From: Chloroflexota bacterium
Lineage (GTDB): Bacteria; Chloroflexota; Dehalococcoidia; Lucifugimonadales; Lucifugimonadaceae
Length of the DNA: 64,000 nt
NCBI GenBank assembly: GCA_002719295.1
Contig: PBHC01000012.1
Location: forward strand, 133,212-197,211
Direction: 5' to 3'
In this document: in pieces, positions 60,939 through 64,000 of the stretch
How positions within the stretch are numbered: the stretch's first letter is position 1
Layout of the letters: the number at the start of each line of letters is the position of its first letter
The notes under the pieces: generated by a model
What the model saw: only the letters and a program-made list of their open reading frames with translations
Databases searched by the model: none
What the model was told of the DNA's origin: nothing
Translations under genes and position numbers: made by a program

Positions 60939-62672
60939 TTATGAAGATTTATAATCTGTATAAGTGTACTTATGATCTGATGCTAAGGGGTACCTTCTGT
61001 CTTTCCCAAATGCTAAAGGAGTTATCTTGATTCCAGGAGGAGATTGTCTTCTTTTATATTCATTTCTATCAATCATTTTTAATATTTCTAAAATTTTTGA
61101 TTCCGGAATAGTTTTTCTTATCTGTTTATTATTTACTATTTTTTTGAAACTTTCTTTTTTTTCTATGTAAAGTTCAATTATCATATCTAAAATTTCATAA
61201 TCAGGAAGTGTGTCTTGATCAAATTGATCAGGTTTAAGTTCAGCTGACGGAGGTTTAATAATAATATTTTCTGGGATTATTTGTTCCTTTAAATTTATAA
61301 ATTTTGATAATTCATAAACCATTGTCTTTGGAACATCTTTTAGCACTGAAAATCCTCCTGCCATATCACCATATAAAGTTGCATATCCAGTGGCAATTTC
61401 AGATTTATTTCCAGTGGATAAAACTAGCCAAGAGAATTTATTTGAAATTGCCATTATTAAATTCCCTCTAATTCTTGCTTGCAAATTTTCTTCAGCATTG
61501 TTTTCTTTAGTTCCATCAAAAAGACTCTCCAAACTAAATAACATTGATTTATGAGATTCTTTTATAGGAATTATTTCTAATTCAAGTCCCAAATTATTAC
61601 ATAAATCTTCCGAATCAGAAATTGAATGTGAAGAAGAATACTTTGATGGTAATGTTACTGCTTTTACATTTTTATTACCCATTGCTTTACATGCTATAGC
61701 TGTAACTAATGCAGAATCTATGCCTCCAGATAAGCTGACAAGGCATTTTTTGAAACCATTTTTATCAGCATAGTCTTTTGTTCCTAGAATTAAAGCATTT
61801 AAAATATCTTCAATATGTGAGGTTTTAATTATTTTTTTCTGATCAGTAAATCTTTTATGTGTTTTTATTGAAATATTTTTATCAATTATTTTAAATTTTT
61901 TTTGGTTAATATTTTTGAGTTTAGAATTATTGTTCACTTCTAAATCAATTTGAATTTCTTCACTTTTTTCTTTAAAGCTTGGTAGGCTGATTATTTTTTC
62001 TCCTTTGAAATTATAAACCATTGAACTTCCATCAAAAACTAGTTCATCTTGCCCTCCAATTGCGTTCACATATACCAAATGAGCATTACAATCCTTAGAT
62101 ACATTTGATAGTAATTTTTCTCTAAGCATTTTTTTGTTTTTGTCGAATGGAGATCCGTTTATATTTATTAATAAATTACATCCTAAATCAGCTTGAAGTT
62201 TACATACTTCAAAGTCTTCCCATATATCTTCGCAAATACTTATACCTATTTTTATGTCTTTATTATTGAGAGTGATAATTTGATTCCCAGGGGAAAAATA
62301 TCTTTTTTCATCAAAAACACCATAATTAGGAAGCTTATTTTTTCTATAACTAGCAATAAGTTTTTTATTTGAAATAATTGCTGCTGAGTTAAAAATTTTA
62401 TCATTTTCACTATCAATATATCCAACTATAGCTGTTATATTATCAGTGGAATCAATAATTTTATTTAAAGCAAATAAATTATTCTTAACAAAAGTCTCAC
62501 TAAGAACTAAATCTTCAGGCGGATATCCTGTTATTGTAAGCTCAGGAAAACAAACTATGTCACAATCTTTTTTTTCGGCTTCTTTGATTTTCTGAACAAT
62601 TTTTTTTGTATTGGAATGTAAAGAACCAACTTTAGTATTTATTTGATTAATTGATATCTTGATATTAGACAT
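60939..62672 (-). CDS. nadE: glutamine-dependent NAD+ synthetase
   Basis: FPEL..TGYPPED, ICED nitrilase domain; SGGIDS, TGNKSE, PSAEL. Confidence 0.96.
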   Translation of the reverse strand: MSNIKISINQINTKVGSLHSNTKKIVQKIKEAEKKDCDIVCFPELTITGYPPEDLVLSETFVKNNLFALNKIIDSTDNITAIVGYIDSENDKIFNSAAIISNKKLIASYRKNKLPNYGVFDEKRYFSPGNQIITLNNKDIKIGISICEDIWEDFEVCKLQADLGCNLLININGSPFDKNKKMLREKLLSNVSKDCNAHLVYVNAIGGQDELVFDGSSMVYNFKGEKIISLPSFKEKSEEIQIDLEVNNNSKLKNINQKKFKIIDKNISIKTHKRFTDQKKIIKTSHIEDILNALILGTKDYADKNGFKKCLVSLSGGIDSALVTAIACKAMGNKNVKAVTLPSKYSSSHSISDSEDLCNNLGLELEIIPIKESHKSMLFSLESLFDGTKENNAEENLQARIRGNLIMAISNKFSWLVLSTGNKSEIATGYATLYGDMAGGFSVLKDVPKTMVYELSKFINLKEQIIPENIIIKPPSAELKPDQFDQDTLPDYEILDMIIELYIEKKESFKKIVNNKQIRKTIPESKILEILKMIDRNEYKRRQSPPGIKITPLAFGKDRRYPLASDHKYTYTDYKSS

Positions 62673-62687
62673 CTATGATTCCAGTTT

Positions 62688-63998
62688 TTATTTTATATTT
62701 CTAAAAAATCCTCTAACGTCAGGCAAGCTAGATTTTCCTTCAAGAAATATATCTATTTTTTTAGCACAACTTCTTCCACTAGCAATTGCATGAACTACCA
62801 AAGATTGACCTCTTTGCATATCTCCACACGAAAAAACTCCATCAACATTAGTCATAAGATTAGTATCAGTTTTAACATTCCCTCTTTGATCAAATTCTAC
62901 AGCTAAATCATTTAACAAGCCTTCTTGTAAAGGATGAACAAATCCCATAGCCAATAAAACTAAATCCGCTTCAATGTCGAAGGAGCTATCCTTTATAGGC
63001 TTAAGATCTGGTCTGCCTGTTTCATTATTTTCTACCCATTCTACTTTTTCACAAATCAGTTTTTCTACTTTGCCATTTCCAGAGAAGTTTTTTGTTAATA
63101 CATTATAATCTCTTTCTCCTCCTTCTTCATGAGCTGAAGAAGTTCTTAGAATCATTGGCCATTCAGGCCAAGGATTATTTACTTTTCTAGATTTAGGAGG
63201 TTCTGGCAAAATTTCAATTTGTGTGATTTTTTTTGCTCCTTGTCTTATTGATGTGCCTAGGCAATCAGCACCAGTGTCTCCTCCACCAATAACCACAACA
63301 TTTTTATTTTTTGCAGAAATTGGAACTTTTTGGGATTCTCCTTCCCAGTTTGGTTGAGCTAAGAATTCCATTGCAAAGTGTACACCATCTAAACTTCTTC
63401 CATCGATAGGCAAATCTCTAGGTACAGTTGAGCCACCAGAGAGGCAAATTGCATCAAAATTGTTTTTTAGTTCTTCTGCCTTAATATCTATTCCTACATT
63501 AGTTGAACAAACAAATTCAATTCCTTCTTGTTCCATTAAATTGATTCTTCTTTGAACTACGCTTTTTTCAAGTTTAAATTCTGGAATTCCATATCTTAAT
63601 AGTCCTCCAGGTTCTTCGCTTCTTTCATAAACAGTTACAGTGTGACCTGCTCTGTTTAGTTGCTGCGAGGCAGCTAGGCCAGCAGGACCTGAGCCGATAA
63701 CAGCTATTTTTTTCCCTGTTCTATGTGTAGGTGGTTCTGGTTTTACAAATCCAGATTCAAAAGCTTTTTCAATAATGTTTTTTTCAATCATCTCAATGCT
63801 TACAGGATCATTGTTAATTGAAAGAGTACATGACGCTTCACAAGGTGCTGGACAAATTCTTCCTGTAAATTCGGGAAAGTTATTTGTTGCAGACAATCTT
63901 TTATATGCAGTTTCCCAATCCTGCTTATACACAAGATCGTTCCATTCTGGTATAAGATTTCCAAGAGGACATCCATTGTTACAAAAAGGAACCCCGCA
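62688..63998 (-). CDS. gltD: glutamate synthase small subunit (5' end outside window)
   Basis: CGVPFCNNGCP upstream of the called ORF start, GRICPAPCE, GSGPAG, GGGDTGADC. Confidence 0.95.
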   Translation of the reverse strand, partial: CGVPFCNNGCPLGNLIPEWNDLVYKQDWETAYKRLSATNNFPEFTGRICPAPCEASCTLSINNDPVSIEMIEKNIIEKAFESGFVKPEPPTHRTGKKIAVIGSGPAGLAASQQLNRAGHTVTVYERSEEPGGLLRYGIPEFKLEKSVVQRRINLMEQEGIEFVCSTNVGIDIKAEELKNNFDAICLSGGSTVPRDLPIDGRSLDGVHFAMEFLAQPNWEGESQKVPISAKNKNVVVIGGGDTGADCLGTSIRQGAKKITQIEILPEPPKSRKVNNPWPEWPMILRTSSAHEEGGERDYNVLTKNFSGNGKVEKLICEKVEWVENNETGRPDLKPIKDSSFDIEADLVLLAMGFVHPLQEGLLNDLAVEFDQRGNVKTDTNLMTNVDGVFSCGDMQRGQSLVVHAIASGRSCAKKIDIFLEGKSSLPDVRGFFRNIK

Positions 63999-64000
63999 AT

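Noticed and set aside
1..64000. CRISPR arrays, rRNA genes, intact IS elements or prophage
   Set aside because: No repeat-spacer periodicity, rRNA-like sequence, transposase or phage structural genes seen by eye

Overview
AT-rich, very compact bacterial chromosome segment, mostly housekeeping genes: metG, rsmI, lipA, tatABC, lexA, rpsT, relA/spoT, an Fe(III) ABC permease/ATPase, fabF, folC, pstB-phoU, rlmN, greA, rpmH-rnpA-yidD-yidC-jag, purFMH, tilS, recA, nadE and gltD. Gene content, the Gram-positive-type LexA box and the long GreA suggest a streamlined Chloroflexota (Dehalococcoidia/SAR202-like) genome; this is inference only. An accessory block at about 17-38 kb holds a GMC oxidoreductase pair, a D-aminoacylase, a tRNA-Arg(CCT) islet, a cupredoxin plus NAD-dependent formate dehydrogenase, an acyclic carotenoid-glycoside operon and a YceI-YHYH lipoprotein. 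Four signals stand out. (1) An unannotated two-gene operon (Cys-rich protein and 4-Cys/HTH protein) has a sigma70 promoter covered by two tandem LexA boxes and is followed by a 133-nt rod-shaped, 6S-like hairpin. (2) A probable R-S-E-type ADP-ribosyltransferase lies in a small islet bounded by an intact tRNA-Arg and an inverted tRNA-Arg 5' half fused to an integrase-like remnant. (3) GreA appears fused to a recombinase core-binding-like domain. (4) YidD appears fused to a beta-propeller protein. All calls were made by eye from motifs; no searches were run.
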